Shown: piece after piece, positions 29,565 through 39,268 of the stretch
Layout: every line of letters begins with the position of its first letter
Numbering within the stretch: position 1 is the stretch's first letter
Source: an uncultured Candidatus Binatia bacterium
Lineage (GTDB): Bacteria; Desulfobacterota; Binatia; Bin18
Direction of reading: 5' to 3'
NCBI GenBank assembly: GCA_965214605.1
Contig: OZ243961.1
Coordinates: forward strand, 2,048,001-2,112,000
DNA: 64,000 nucleotides
Program-made: the position numbers and the translations under genes
Notes under the pieces: generated by a model
What the model saw: only the letters and a program-made list of their open reading frames with translations
What the model was told of the DNA's origin: nothing
Databases searched by the model: none

Positions 29565-30295
29565 TATCCGAGAGCGCCAGTTGGGATTTCACGAAATTCA
29601 AGCGAACCATCCGACACTCGATAGAACACGGCAGAGAGAACCCCAACAACAAAACACGTTCGCTCCCGAAAACTCCTCATACCTTCTTCCAGCTATGATC
29701 CGGCATTGTAGATGAAAACAGGGCTGCCGCTGCTTCCCGGCAACACCGCTGCGTCGATGAGGAAGACCGGCTTGCCGTCATAGGCAACTCCCAGTGGTGT
29801 CGCCGTTATCCCCCTTCTGACAATCGGGAGATTATTGGCGCGATCAAACACATCATTGTCCTCTCTGGCATTCAGTCTCGCCAGAGCGTCACTGTCAGGA
29901 AGAATGGTTGCTGAGAGGCACGAAAAGAAGGGGAGCGTGCCATTCTCCGAGCCCCGCGAAGATCGGGTTCAGCGGAAGCAGCGCGATATCTACATTTTTG
30001 TCAGGATGCCCCGTCCACCATTGCCACTCCATCGTGCCTACGCTCACCCGCATGGGGCTTCCCAACTCTGGCGCGTGACCATCTTTTGGGGCGCTTCTCG
30101 TCCTGTGGAAGTCCCCGTGGGTTGCGTTCGCTATGACGTGCTTATTCGTGACCAAGAACATACCGGTCAGTTCATCCGTTGTCTTTCGAGCTCTTCCACG
30201 TATGCTCTCAAGATGAACCCTGTCCTGATAGACGGCGCGGTCTGAATACGAACCGTCACGAAGACAAGCTGATCTGCTCCCGTTTCTCCTCTCAT
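29565..30295 (-). pseudogene. Trypsin-like serine protease, disrupted
   Basis: Triad motifs FLVTNKHVI, DIALLPL and IDAAVLPGSSGSPVF lie in different frames, with internal stops. Confidence 0.7.
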
Positions 30296-30398
30296 GAACT
30301 CTCTATGCTGGCGAGAGGGACGAGAGCGAATAAGCATAGATCATCCATCGGGCAACCTCTTTGCCGAGCTTTACCCCGCCCAGCCGGGGGCCGGGCGG

Positions 30399-30746
30399 CT
30401 AGGCGGTGCGCCGCAGCAACTCGGCCAACACCAGGCCCTGGCGTTCCAGCGCCTGGCCTTGTTGGGTCAAGGCTTGGGTCATGGCCGCGCCCTGGCGTTC
30501 CAGCGCCTGGCCTTGTTGGGTCAAGGCTTGGGTCATGGCCGCGCCCTGGCGTTCCAGCGCCTGAGCGATGACGCGGGTACTCTCCTGCATGTTCTTGGCC
30601 ATCACGTCAATTTCCTTGTCGCGGCGCGCCCCGGCTTCCTTCATCCGCACCAAGCCCACAACAATCGCAATCATCCCCACAATTCCGACGACAAGCTGCA
30701 ACGTCATGACCACCAAGCGTCCCCACTCGAAGAAACTCGATTCCAT
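30399..30746 (-). CDS. Small single-TM coiled-coil protein with internal repeat
   Basis: RBS AGGAGG, one TM segment, then QALERQGAAMTQALTQQG repeats. Paralog at 34449-34682. Confidence 0.65.
   Translation of the reverse strand: MESSFFEWGRLVVMTLQLVVGIVGMIAIVVGLVRMKEAGARRDKEIDVMAKNMQESTRVIAQALERQGAAMTQALTQQGQALERQGAAMTQALTQQGQALERQGLVLAELLRRTA
30435..30563. repeat. 54-bp tandem repeat (about 2.4 copies)
   Basis: Units start at 30435, 30489 and 30543. Confidence 0.92.
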
Positions 30747-30801
30747 ACCGTCCTCCTTCCGGACACGATGTGCTCCCCAGCTCAGCACGGAGACTCCGAA
30801 G

Positions 30802-31098
30802 TCAAGGGCAGCGGTGTTGCGAGCGCCGCGGAGTTGCCGCTTGACTGCCGAAGGCCAATCCTAGCGGCCAGACGGTCGCTAGGGTCAGCCCGCGGGGCTC
30901 GCACCAGTCGGCGAAGCGGTACGCGGCCGTGGCGTAGGCCAGGCGCGTATTCGTGTTCTGGATCGCGCCGCCAAAGAACTCCCAAAACCGCTCCTGCTCC
31001 GCGGCCGTCTCCGCAAAGAGCGCGGGCGTCCGCCGGGCGGCGATGCGGGCCCGGATGGCCCTGCGCGGCGGGAGCGGCGCGCCGGCCTGGACTGCCAT
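30802..31098 (-). pseudogene. Tyrosine recombinase N-terminal fragment
   Basis: ERFWEFFGGAIQNTNTRLAYATAAYRFADWC; the catalytic domain is missing. Confidence 0.75.
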
Positions 31099-31116
31099 AC
31101 GTTCCCCCTACCTCTT

Positions 31117-31144
31117 ATCTCACATAACTGTTTTTATGGGGGAG
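31117..31144. other. dif/Xer-like recombination site
   Basis: ATCTCACATAA-CTGTTT-TTATGGGGGAG (11-6-11 layout with CATAA/TTATG cores) immediately upstream of the recombinase start. Confidence 0.55.
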
Positions 31145-31160
31145 GAGAAGGGGCCGCCGC

Positions 31161-31202
31161 GTTACTAAGCACCCGTTGCGGGTTCGAGTCCCACCGCCCC
31201 CG
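31161..31202 (+). other. tRNA/tmRNA-like 3' remnant (att-like)
   Basis: GCGGG-TTCGAGT-CCCAC-CGCCCCCG resembles a T-arm plus acceptor strand; no convincing D-arm or anticodon stem. Confidence 0.45.
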
Positions 31203-31228
31203 CTGGTCTGTCTAGTAAGGTATGTAAT

Positions 31229-31795
31229 CCCCCCCCCCCCCGAGGATGAGCCGGTTGGTCCACGGTCCCTTGTGCTCATAGGCTAAGAGCTTGTCGGCGA
31301 TGTCGAGTTCAAGATCGCCGAAGAGGTCGAGTGTCGTTCCTCGCGTCCTATGTTCTTTCAGTGCCTCAGGATTGCCTGGGTCGAATGCCGCTCATGCATG
31401 AAGAGCGGTAAAGTTGGCACGCTGATCTGATAGCGCTCAGCCTTGCCAGACCAATTCAGGAATGATTGGGTGAGGCTCTTGAGTCGAGCCGCGCACTGTG
31501 AGAGGGAGGTGAAGCGCTCGTCCGTTCCCCGCCAAACTTGCGGCTCGGCGAAGACAGACGCATCTCCTTTCTCTGCCGCCTCTGTGACCAAGTTCAAAAG
31601 CCACTCAGCAAAGGCGCGTTCGTCGCATTCATCCCACGAAAGCTCCGGAGCGAGGCTAGAATCGTAACGGAATGTCTTCGGCGGCTTCCGATGGGAGAAC
31701 TGAGCTTCTCCGCCAACGTCGGGCCGCTGTACGGCCTCATCCGCATGCTGATAGGCCGAAGCGCCTTTGCCGCTTCTGACCGCCTTCTGTGCCAA
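31229..31795 (-). pseudogene. N-terminal remnant of a type III Mod-like adenine methyltransferase
   Basis: KPPKTFRYDSSLAPELSWD...LNWSGKAE, then frameshifted DLFGD...AYEHKGPWTNRLILG ending in a G13 run. Confidence 0.65.
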
Positions 31796-31848
31796 AGTTT
31801 TCTCTTCCTCACGCTGAACATGTCGGCCCGTACCGTTTCATCCACGAT

Positions 31849-32562
31849 TTACGGCTGATGAGGGCCCAAAGAGGAGACCGCACAGCATAGAAAATTCTCC
31901 GCCGAAAAGTCGTCTTGTCCATCTCCGGATAGAAGTCGGCGATGGTAATAAGTGTTGCCTCCCGAATCTTCCACTCTTTGGGACAGAGCTGTAGCAGTTG
32001 TGTCAAGTCTGGCCCATGTATGTATTTTGTTTACATACATACGTCGAGGGTTGGTCCTGAGTGCTTGGGACCGACCGTTGGGGGTAAGTCCTAAGCGCTT
32101 GACAATGCCGCGCGCCTCATTCAGCGTTCCTTTTCGGACCGGAATTGCCGTCTCAAGCTGAACCCGGAAGCCCTGAACAGCGGCGGTTCTCACGGCCGTT
32201 TTTGGAGAATGCCGACCTGCTTGAGGATGCGAATTGCCTTTTTGACCCCTTCGATAGAGGCTGCGACCTGGTTGGCGATTTGTCGGACCGAGATAATCGC
32301 TTGGCGCACGGCAACGCCCTCAAGGACTTGCCGGACCTCCCATTGCAGGGGGGCAAGGAGGACTTCTCCCTGTTGCGGAGAGACTTGGGACTGACGGTCA
32401 GTCCCAAGTCTATTTTCAGCAACGGAAGGACCGACCGTTGGTCCTAAGGACTTGACGGACTCCGACGAGGGATAAAAGCCGTTCCGGGCGGCGGGGAGCC
32501 GGGCGGCCGAATTTGTCTTTCCAGCGCTCCTGATCGGACTGTTTTTTACGCAGCGCTGTCAT
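31849..32562 (-). pseudogene. Plasmid replication/partition protein remnant (wHTH)
   Basis: Frameshifted; contains ISVRQIANQVAASIEGVKKAIRILKQVGIL and follows a ParA C-terminus. Confidence 0.4.
32381..32411. repeat. Perfect 15-bp inverted repeat (parS/iteron-like)
   Basis: AGACTTGGGACTGAC-G-GTCAGTCCCAAGTCT; related GGACCGACCGTTGG copies at 32068 and 32428. Confidence 0.85.
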
Positions 32563-32760
32563 GCGTCCGTCCCCATCCTCGGCCTTCTGGATGATCGGTT
32601 CCAGACCCAGGCGGCTCAACACTTCTCTGCCCAGCGTCATGAAATCCCGGGCGCCCGTGCTCTTTCTGTCATGCTGGAAGATCGACTTGCCCTCCGTGCT
32701 GGTCTCTTCAAGCTTGACCGAGGGGCTGATGGTCGTATTAAAGGCTGGTTTCTTCAGACC
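32560..32760 (-). pseudogene. ParA C-terminal remnant
   Basis: FNTTISPSVKLEETSTEGKSIFQHDRKSTGARDFMTLGREVL. Confidence 0.65.
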
Positions 32761-32830
32761 CCGGCTGCGCCGCCCACCTAAAGGTGGTATTTGCCCGCCT
32801 TCTCCCCCCGCGAGAGCGGGGGGCGGGTAA

Positions 32831-33727
32831 TCAAGACGCCTCTTCCGCGGCCTGGCTGTCCAGGCCGAGCATATAATCGGCGGCCCGCTGGGCCTGGGAA
32901 GCGGCCTGCACCAGTAGCCGCGGGTCATTGCTCAACTTGTCCCGCCACCCTTGCACATAGCCCGCGCTGGTGGCCGGCGTGCGGTTTTCAATCCCCGCTA
33001 CCCCACACAGAAAGGCGGCCCCCATCTCGACTACCAGCTCCTCCTTGCTATAGTGGGTATCCCCGAAGCGGACCGCGTCAACCAGCGTCGCGCGATTCAA
33101 CCGCCCGGCGTGGCCGGTGGCGTGTGTCAGCTCATGAAAAAGGGTCGAATAGTACCGCTCCGGGGCCTCGAAGCTGCCCGCCGCCGGCATCGTCACCTGG
33201 TCAACGCGCTGTCGATAAAAAGCAGCATCCCCCCCGTGCGTGATAGCCGGCCGCCCCGGCATATCCGCCACAATCTTTTCACACGCGGCGATTTTTTGGG
33301 CGGGGGCCATGTCCGGCACACCCACCTGCGTCCGCTCTGCCCACGCCTCGGGTAATACGCAGTGCGCGGCGTTGAACACAGTATACGCGCGGGCCAGGGC
33401 GTAGCCGCCCCGCTCTGTGCGGTCCTGCTCTCCGTCCTGCGCGCGCCCCGTGCGGGCCATGAATTTCCAGAATATGACGGTCTGGCCTTTCGCCCCTTTT
33501 TTGACGTGGCCGCCTCTCTGTGAGGCTTGCCGATAGGTCAACCAAAACGGCGACCCCTCGTGCTGATGGGACAAGAGAAACACATTCAGCCCCCGGTACG
33601 GCTTCCCACTGATGAGAGTGCGCGGCGCGCCCTCGGCCGCGGTCCACGGGCGATGCCACGGCACCACCCCGGCTTTGAGGGCGGAAACGATCCGGTCAGT
33701 AATTGTCGTGTACACGTCCGGGCTCAT
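32831..33727 (-). CDS. ardC: ArdC-family anti-restriction protein
   Basis: GVVPWHRPW, YRGLN, WLTYRQA...VKKGAKG, zincin HELTH and EELVVEMGAAFLC. Confidence 0.9.
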   Translation of the reverse strand: MSPDVYTTITDRIVSALKAGVVPWHRPWTAAEGAPRTLISGKPYRGLNVFLLSHQHEGSPFWLTYRQASQRGGHVKKGAKGQTVIFWKFMARTGRAQDGEQDRTERGGYALARAYTVFNAAHCVLPEAWAERTQVGVPDMAPAQKIAACEKIVADMPGRPAITHGGDAAFYRQRVDQVTMPAAGSFEAPERYYSTLFHELTHATGHAGRLNRATLVDAVRFGDTHYSKEELVVEMGAAFLCGVAGIENRTPATSAGYVQGWRDKLSNDPRLLVQAASQAQRAADYMLGLDSQAAEEAS

Positions 33728-33761
33728 TTGGGCCTCCTGCTCTCCTTCACAACACAGATGC

Positions 33762-33799
33762 TTGTTTTCGGTTCTCACCACTGCCCGGACCGAAAACAA
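33762..33799 (-). promoter_or_regulatory. Conserved leader hairpin upstream of ardC
   Basis: 11-bp perfect stem with loop CCGGGCAGTGGTGAGA. A second copy lies at 48564-48603. Confidence 0.6.
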
Positions 33800-34448
33800 T
33801 CGGAGAGCAGCCCGTAGGGCGCACGAAACCGAGTCCGCCGCCGGCCGGCGCATCCGTGCCAGGTTCGCGGAGCGGGGCCGGCGTGCGATGCGGCCGGCCG
33901 GCGCGCCATACTGGAGCCGAGGCCATCAGCTAGGTGTGCTAGGTTCGCGGAGCGGGGCTGGCGCCGCTTGGCGGCCGGGAGGCGGCGCGCTGTCTTGGGC
34001 GTGGCAAGGGGCGACCAGAGCCTGCTGTGGTCGCCCCTTGCTCGGTCTTCGGGGGGGGGGTGCTCGGTGTGGCCCTCTACACGGAGCGGCGGGCAGCGCG
34101 GGCGGGCGGGCCGCGGACCTGGGCACCAGCGCGCCCGCCCGCGCGGCAGGTCCTGGGGGGGGCCCCGGCGCTTCTCCTGGCTTGGGCGGGCTCTGTGGGT
34201 TCGTCCCACTGAGCTGGGGGCGCTGGCCCGCGTGGTCGGTGATGCGGACCTGGGCACGCCGGCGACGTGGGCCAGCGCAATCCTGGGAGGGAGGGAAAGA
34301 GTGACCGCCTTGAACGCGCCCTCAAGGGAGGTGTGGAGGGGAAAAGAATCGCCCTGGGCGACCTTGCGAAGCGCCCCGCTCGGTTGCGCGCGGGGCCATC
34401 AGGACACGGCTGTACCAGGCCTGACCCCGCCCGGCTGGGGGACAGGGC

Positions 34449-34682
34449 CTAGGCGGTGCGCCGTAACAGCTCGGCGAACACTTCCCCCTGGCGTTCGAGC
34501 GCCTTGCCCAGCACGTCAATTTCCTTGTTGCGACGTTCGCCCGCGGCCTGCATCTGGAAGAGCCCCCAGACAATGCAGCCCAAGCCTACGCCGCTGACGA
34601 GAAGCTGGGCGATCTCTACCCCGCGCGGCCCCTGCAGCGCGGCGGCCGCCGCCCGCGCCAACGGTAAAAATTCAGTTTCCAT
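34449..34682 (-). CDS. Small single-TM coiled-coil protein (paralog of 30399-30746)
   Basis: Shares the RBS context AGGAGGACGGTATGGAA, RRxKEIDV and the C-terminal ALERQG...AELLRRTA. Confidence 0.6.
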   Translation of the reverse strand: METEFLPLARAAAAALQGPRGVEIAQLLVSGVGLGCIVWGLFQMQAAGERRNKEIDVLGKALERQGEVFAELLRRTA

Positions 34683-34724
34683 ACCGTCCTCCTGCCGGAC
34701 ACACAAAGGCAGGAAGCATCTGCC

Positions 34725-35411
34725 CTAAAGAATAGCGCCCAAAGGGCGAACCTTACAGGCCGGTTTTCCGGCCGCGCCTTTTCTGTGCTTCATAGAGCCC
34801 CTGCGCCGCCACCTCCGCTCCCCACTCATCTGCCGGGCTCTTGATCCCCAACTCCTTGTTTTCCACCGTGGGCTCTCCCAGCGCTTGCCCCTGGCGTAGC
34901 GAGTGAGCGCCGGCGCCACTTCCCCCTCGTATTGCGGGTGCTCACGCACGAGGTTCCGCAAGGCGTGGATTCCGCCGACGCGAACCGCAAGAAAATCGTG
35001 CCCCAGCATTGCCACGGCGCGCTGGTAGCGGGCATCCAGCACCCCCTTTTCCGCGACCGTGACTTACCGCTGGGCAACGAGGCTCCGCCACAGCGCCCAG
35101 CCCAGCGCCAGCAGCCCGCCCCCCATCAGGACAAGGTTTCTGATCGGCTCTGCTTCCCGTTTGAAAAATTCCCATGACCAGACCGCAACAACGACCGCCA
35201 ATACGAGGAAGCCCACAGGACAAACCAGGGCGATTTGTCCGCCCCTCCCCGTCTCCGCTTCATCAAGGTGGGCGGTGTGCTGATGCGCTTCCGCCCACTC
35301 CGCCGCTTCCGCCCCGTTTTTCCCCTCCCGTGCTATCCGCATACGCCCGGCTTTGCCCGCCGCCGCCCATACCTCCTCAAAGCGTCCTTCCCTTCTGCGC
35401 CTCACTCCCAC
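34725..35411 (-). pseudogene. Membrane protein resembling the N-terminal part of pentapeptide-repeat proteins, interrupted
   Basis: In-frame TAA at 35064 separates ALWRSLVAQR from ...RYQRAVAMLG...VRVGGIHALRNL. Confidence 0.55.
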
Positions 35412-35441
35412 TCATACGCCCTTCCGCCTCCCGCCCCGGCC

Positions 35442-36110
35442 TTAAATATGTCTCCGCACAATCTCATCCAACGAGACCTCCTCCGGCAGGCGGTTGTAGA
35501 GTTGCGTCGTGCGGGTCGAGGCATGCCCGGCAATGCGCGCCGCCGTCTCCAGCGGGCCCCCGGCCCGCAGATATTCCGTAATACCGGTGCCCCGGAAGCT
35601 ATGCGCGCAGACCTCACCCGGCAAGCCCGCGCGCTTCGCCCGCCGCTTAATCATCTTCAAGGCAGCCGCGCGACCGAGCGGCTGCCGGCTCAGCCGGTCG
35701 ATCCCCCGTTGTCTGCCCGCCGACAGAAACAACGGGCCTTGCGGATTGGCCGCCAGGCCGGCCCGGGCGATGTCGTCATCCGTCCAGGCTTGCGCCCTAT
35801 GGTGCGCGGGAAGGACCAGATACTTGCCGCCCTTCTCGTGCAGCCGAAAAAAGGACCGCTTGCCCTGGGTGTAATAGTCCGCCACCCGCATCGCCAGCGC
35901 CGCGCTGATGCGCACGAAGCCGTACACCATCAGACCCAGCAACGCCCGGTCCCGCAGCCCGATGAGCGAGCCGGTCGAGCAAGCGCCGGGCCTCTTCCGC
36001 CGTCAATACGGGGGTCTTGCCCGTGGTGATGAGCTGCTTCGGCCCGCGGCCCGCCCCCGCCGGATTGCTGGGGATCACCTGGCCCCCGACGAGCCAGGCA
36101 AAGATAAACG
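35442..36110 (-). pseudogene. Tyrosine recombinase catalytic-domain fragment
   Basis: WLVGGQVIPSNPA...GKTPVL, a frameshift, then RISA...HEKGGK...HSFRGT...AGHASTRTTQLY; the N-terminus is missing. Confidence 0.8.
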
Positions 36111-36920
36111 GCTGCTGGGATACCATGATATTCGCATAGGTAATCAGCCTGATAATCGTCTCACCAAATTCATTACGATTAACCTACCACAACGGTTGCC
36201 AAAATCCCGGAAGCAGTTTGATCAAAACAAAGACCTATTAGAAGCCTTTGCAACCAAAAAATAAAGTTTGCGGAATTGACCACCCAGGTGCGACGACGCA
36301 CTAAAAACACCTAGACCGTTCCCCCCCTCTCCACCGCACCAAAAAGAGCGGCCCGTATACGTCCGCCCTACAGGTCAGCTCAAACAGGGAAAAAGGGAGC
36401 GGCAAGCCGAGTCATTTCATGCGCTCGTCAGGCTTTCGATTCAAGAGTCCGGCTACACGCGGCCGGAGTCCCTGTAGGGTTTCCGGGTGGATCGCGTCCA
36501 GCCGCTGCACGGCCATACGCCCGGTGTTCAACGTGACGTGCAGAATCCGCTGGTTCATTGCCTCCTCCTGGTCGGTTCTCGCCCGCCCGGCCCGCTGTGT
36601 GGTACGCTAGGCGCTCAATCTGCTTGAGCGTCCTCCGCTCGGATTCATACTCAATAGGAGCACCGACATAGATTTCCATGGCGGATGCCTCGTCGCCTAT
36701 ACCGTTGATTCCCGTCTCCTTGGTCGGGAGCTCGCCAATTACGTAGCCGCCCTTCCCATAGTCATGGAGCCTTGCTTCCTAAATCTCGTTTGCTCAGAGA
36801 AAGGTAGCTGAGATCATCCTTGGCACTGTCTCGACGTGTCACGGCCTCATGGCGTACGGACGCAGGAGGCTACGCATCCTTCACCACGTTTGGCGTGATC
36901 CTGGGGGCTCCCAGCCATGT

Positions 36921-37934
36921 TCAAGCCGACCCGGCCGTCTTGATAATCCGCTTAGCCAGTTGTCTGAAATCACAGTGCGCGTCCCGGACCGCAGCAGCAT
37001 GGCTCCCGATAGCCCCGTCGGCTGGGGTGAGAGAGAAGATAGGCTTCCGGCTCTCCTGTGCCATCGGGACCAGACTGCGGTAATGCTTGACGGTGGCCAG
37101 GCAATGTTGGTCTTCGGCTGGCGAAGCAGGAAACTGCCCGTTTGTCTGATCAAGCAGATTTCTGGCGTACTCTTCCGGCATCCGGTTGATCCATCGGTCA
37201 TACGCTTTGACCGGGCGGCTGAGGCGGACACTGTGCTGTTGCACGATATACCCAAGGGGTTCCATGCGGCCCACAGGCAAAGGGAATGCTGGCGACGACC
37301 AGTTTACTCGTCTCTTCTCCCACTCTTGACGCCAGCGCCTGAGCGTTGGACCGAGGTTGCGCAGGCCCTGCAGGGAAAACAGATCAGCGCCCAGGGGAAC
37401 GATGACATGATTGGTGGCGATGAGGGCGGAGCGATTGATGGCGCCAAGATTGGGGCCAACATCAGCCAGAATGACCGTCGCGTCCATCTCTTTCGCGCCC
37501 AACTGCATCACGGTCCAGAACGAGGTCAGAATCCGAAACGGCCGATACAGATTGGCAGAGCCCAAGGCGTCTGGCCATTCACCAGATAACGTGTCCTCAA
37601 ACCCGGACAGCGCCAGGGCGCCGGGGAGCAGGTTGAGAGACGAGGTGATTTTTTGGAGTGCGGGAGGCAACAAATCCCCGACCTCTAACAGAGGCTTGAC
37701 GCATTCGAAAATGGTTCTGCCAGTGCTTTTACCACACGCCCCCACCCCTCCGTCCCAAAGCGTTTCCAGCTGTTCTTCGTCCAGAAACGCGGCAGACAGA
37801 TTGGCTTGCGGATCCAGGTCGCAGGCGAGCACCCGATGGCCGGTCTGCGACAGCATCCAGGCCAGATTGTAGGCCAGGGAAGTTTTGCCGACGCCACCCT
37901 TGTTGTTGAAGAAGGTCAGTACGGGGATAGTCAT
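36921..37934 (-). CDS. ParA/Soj-family ATPase
   Basis: FFNNKGGVGKTS, DLDPQANLS and DVGPNLGAINR. Confidence 0.88.
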   Translation of the reverse strand: MTIPVLTFFNNKGGVGKTSLAYNLAWMLSQTGHRVLACDLDPQANLSAAFLDEEQLETLWDGGVGACGKSTGRTIFECVKPLLEVGDLLPPALQKITSSLNLLPGALALSGFEDTLSGEWPDALGSANLYRPFRILTSFWTVMQLGAKEMDATVILADVGPNLGAINRSALIATNHVIVPLGADLFSLQGLRNLGPTLRRWRQEWEKRRVNWSSPAFPLPVGRMEPLGYIVQQHSVRLSRPVKAYDRWINRMPEEYARNLLDQTNGQFPASPAEDQHCLATVKHYRSLVPMAQESRKPIFSLTPADGAIGSHAAAVRDAHCDFRQLAKRIIKTAGSA

Positions 37935-39139
37935 GATGAGCGCCCCCGGATGGTCACCTGGACGAAGGTATCCTCAACGATGAATTCCGGCTCGGGATGG
38001 CCATAGTCCTTCAACGCCTTTTTTGCGGCGGGAATGCCGACCCCGAAACGCTGCACATAGCCGAACACTTTCAGAGCCTCCGCCACATTCGGATTCCGAT
38101 AGTCGGTCACACCGGGCTGGCCAAAATTCTCCCGAGTCACGATACCAAAGGCGCCACCCGGGTTCTGGACTTCAATCCGGTCGTTGAACCAGGAGACCCG
38201 TACCGGCGCGTTGGTGGCCTCATAGGCGCGGTGCATCACCGCATTGCGCGTGATCTGCTGAAGCGCCACCAGGGGGTAGGTCGGCTCGCGCCGCTCCCAG
38301 TCCGCCCCGGTCAGGTCGATGCTTGTGCTGATATGGGCCTTCATCTTCTCATCAATGCGCCGCACGATCTCTGAAAGCGTTCCGTCTATGGTTTCCTCGT
38401 CGACGATGGGATCTGACCACGCGGTTCCGTCGATACGCAGGAACTGGATATAGGAATTGGTGATAAAGTCTCGGGGACGTTTGCCGAGCACTAGGAGGCC
38501 CAGCACGGTAGCTGTAGGATTGGCGATGGAAGCGATCATCTTGGTCGTCGCAAGGCGCTGGTTCGTGCTACGCTCGTTCGCTTCGAGGATCTCGGCACTG
38601 AACGCCCGCGGCAGATATTCCTCATCGAACTGACGCAGGCTGAGGTCGGAGACGGCGGTGCCGGGTACGGACTGAATATCGAACGGGATGGCGCCCGACC
38701 GCCGCTTCTCGGTGAGAATGCGTTCCTCATGTTCGGTCGCGATCGCCCGTTGGGGGCCGCCCCGCACGTGAATGGCACCTTTGTAGCGAACAGGCGGGGA
38801 GTCCGATGGCAACACGGTTACCACGGCGACCTCCTTGCCCCGCAGGGTCCGTTTTTCGACCAGCAGGGACGGCGGAGGAACAATGTTGCCATCGGTCTTA
38901 ATATTGCCCAGCTGCGTGAGCAGTTCATCGTCAATGTCAAGGCCACTGGGCTCCCCGTTATCTCTCAGGCCAACGAAGACCACCCCAGCTTGCCCGGAGC
39001 CGGGCAAGTCATTGGCAAATGCACAGACGGCCTCTCGGATCCTGGTTGGCGCTTTACCCTTCAACGTTTCCTTGTACTCAACACGGAAGCTCTCGCCCTG
39101 ATCCATTACCTCTACCAGTTCTCTATCGGTCAGTCGCAT
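37931..39139 (-). CDS. Schlafen/AlbA_2 plus HATPase-like (RecG C-terminal-like) protein
   Basis: ESFRVEYKE, CAFAND, GLRDNG, NAVMHRAY, DRIEVQNPGG and YRNP; overlaps the parA start. Confidence 0.8.
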   Translation of the reverse strand: MRLTDRELVEVMDQGESFRVEYKETLKGKAPTRIREAVCAFANDLPGSGQAGVVFVGLRDNGEPSGLDIDDELLTQLGNIKTDGNIVPPPSLLVEKRTLRGKEVAVVTVLPSDSPPVRYKGAIHVRGGPQRAIATEHEERILTEKRRSGAIPFDIQSVPGTAVSDLSLRQFDEEYLPRAFSAEILEANERSTNQRLATTKMIASIANPTATVLGLLVLGKRPRDFITNSYIQFLRIDGTAWSDPIVDEETIDGTLSEIVRRIDEKMKAHISTSIDLTGADWERREPTYPLVALQQITRNAVMHRAYEATNAPVRVSWFNDRIEVQNPGGAFGIVTRENFGQPGVTDYRNPNVAEALKVFGYVQRFGVGIPAAKKALKDYGHPEPEFIVEDTFVQVTIRGRSS

Positions 39140-39268
39140 CACCTTAGCTCTTGGTCTTAGGATATGGGGAAAGGGTGGATATTTCCAGCCGTCCACTGGG
39201 CGTCCTACCCTACTCACTGGGCCTCAGTAGGTGAGCCGCCCCCCGGTTTTCCACCTTGGCGCTACCAG

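Noticed and set aside
30435-30563. CRISPR-like array (also 22404-22498 and 55855-55965)
   Set aside because: These are in-frame coding duplications or a single two-copy repeat, with no series of unique spacers and no cas genes.
31138-31204. Complete tRNA, including a suppressor or tRNA-Pyl
   Set aside because: The anticodon stem does not pair, there is no D-arm or CCA, and the putative 5' strand overlaps the dif-like site.
33775-34600. Many overlapping Arg/Pro/Gly-rich ORFs
   Set aside because: They are shadow ORFs of a very GC-rich stretch with no motifs or RBS.
36428-36679. Possible NERD-nuclease gene start
   Set aside because: Only about 24 plausible N-terminal residues precede unrelated sequence, too little to support a call.
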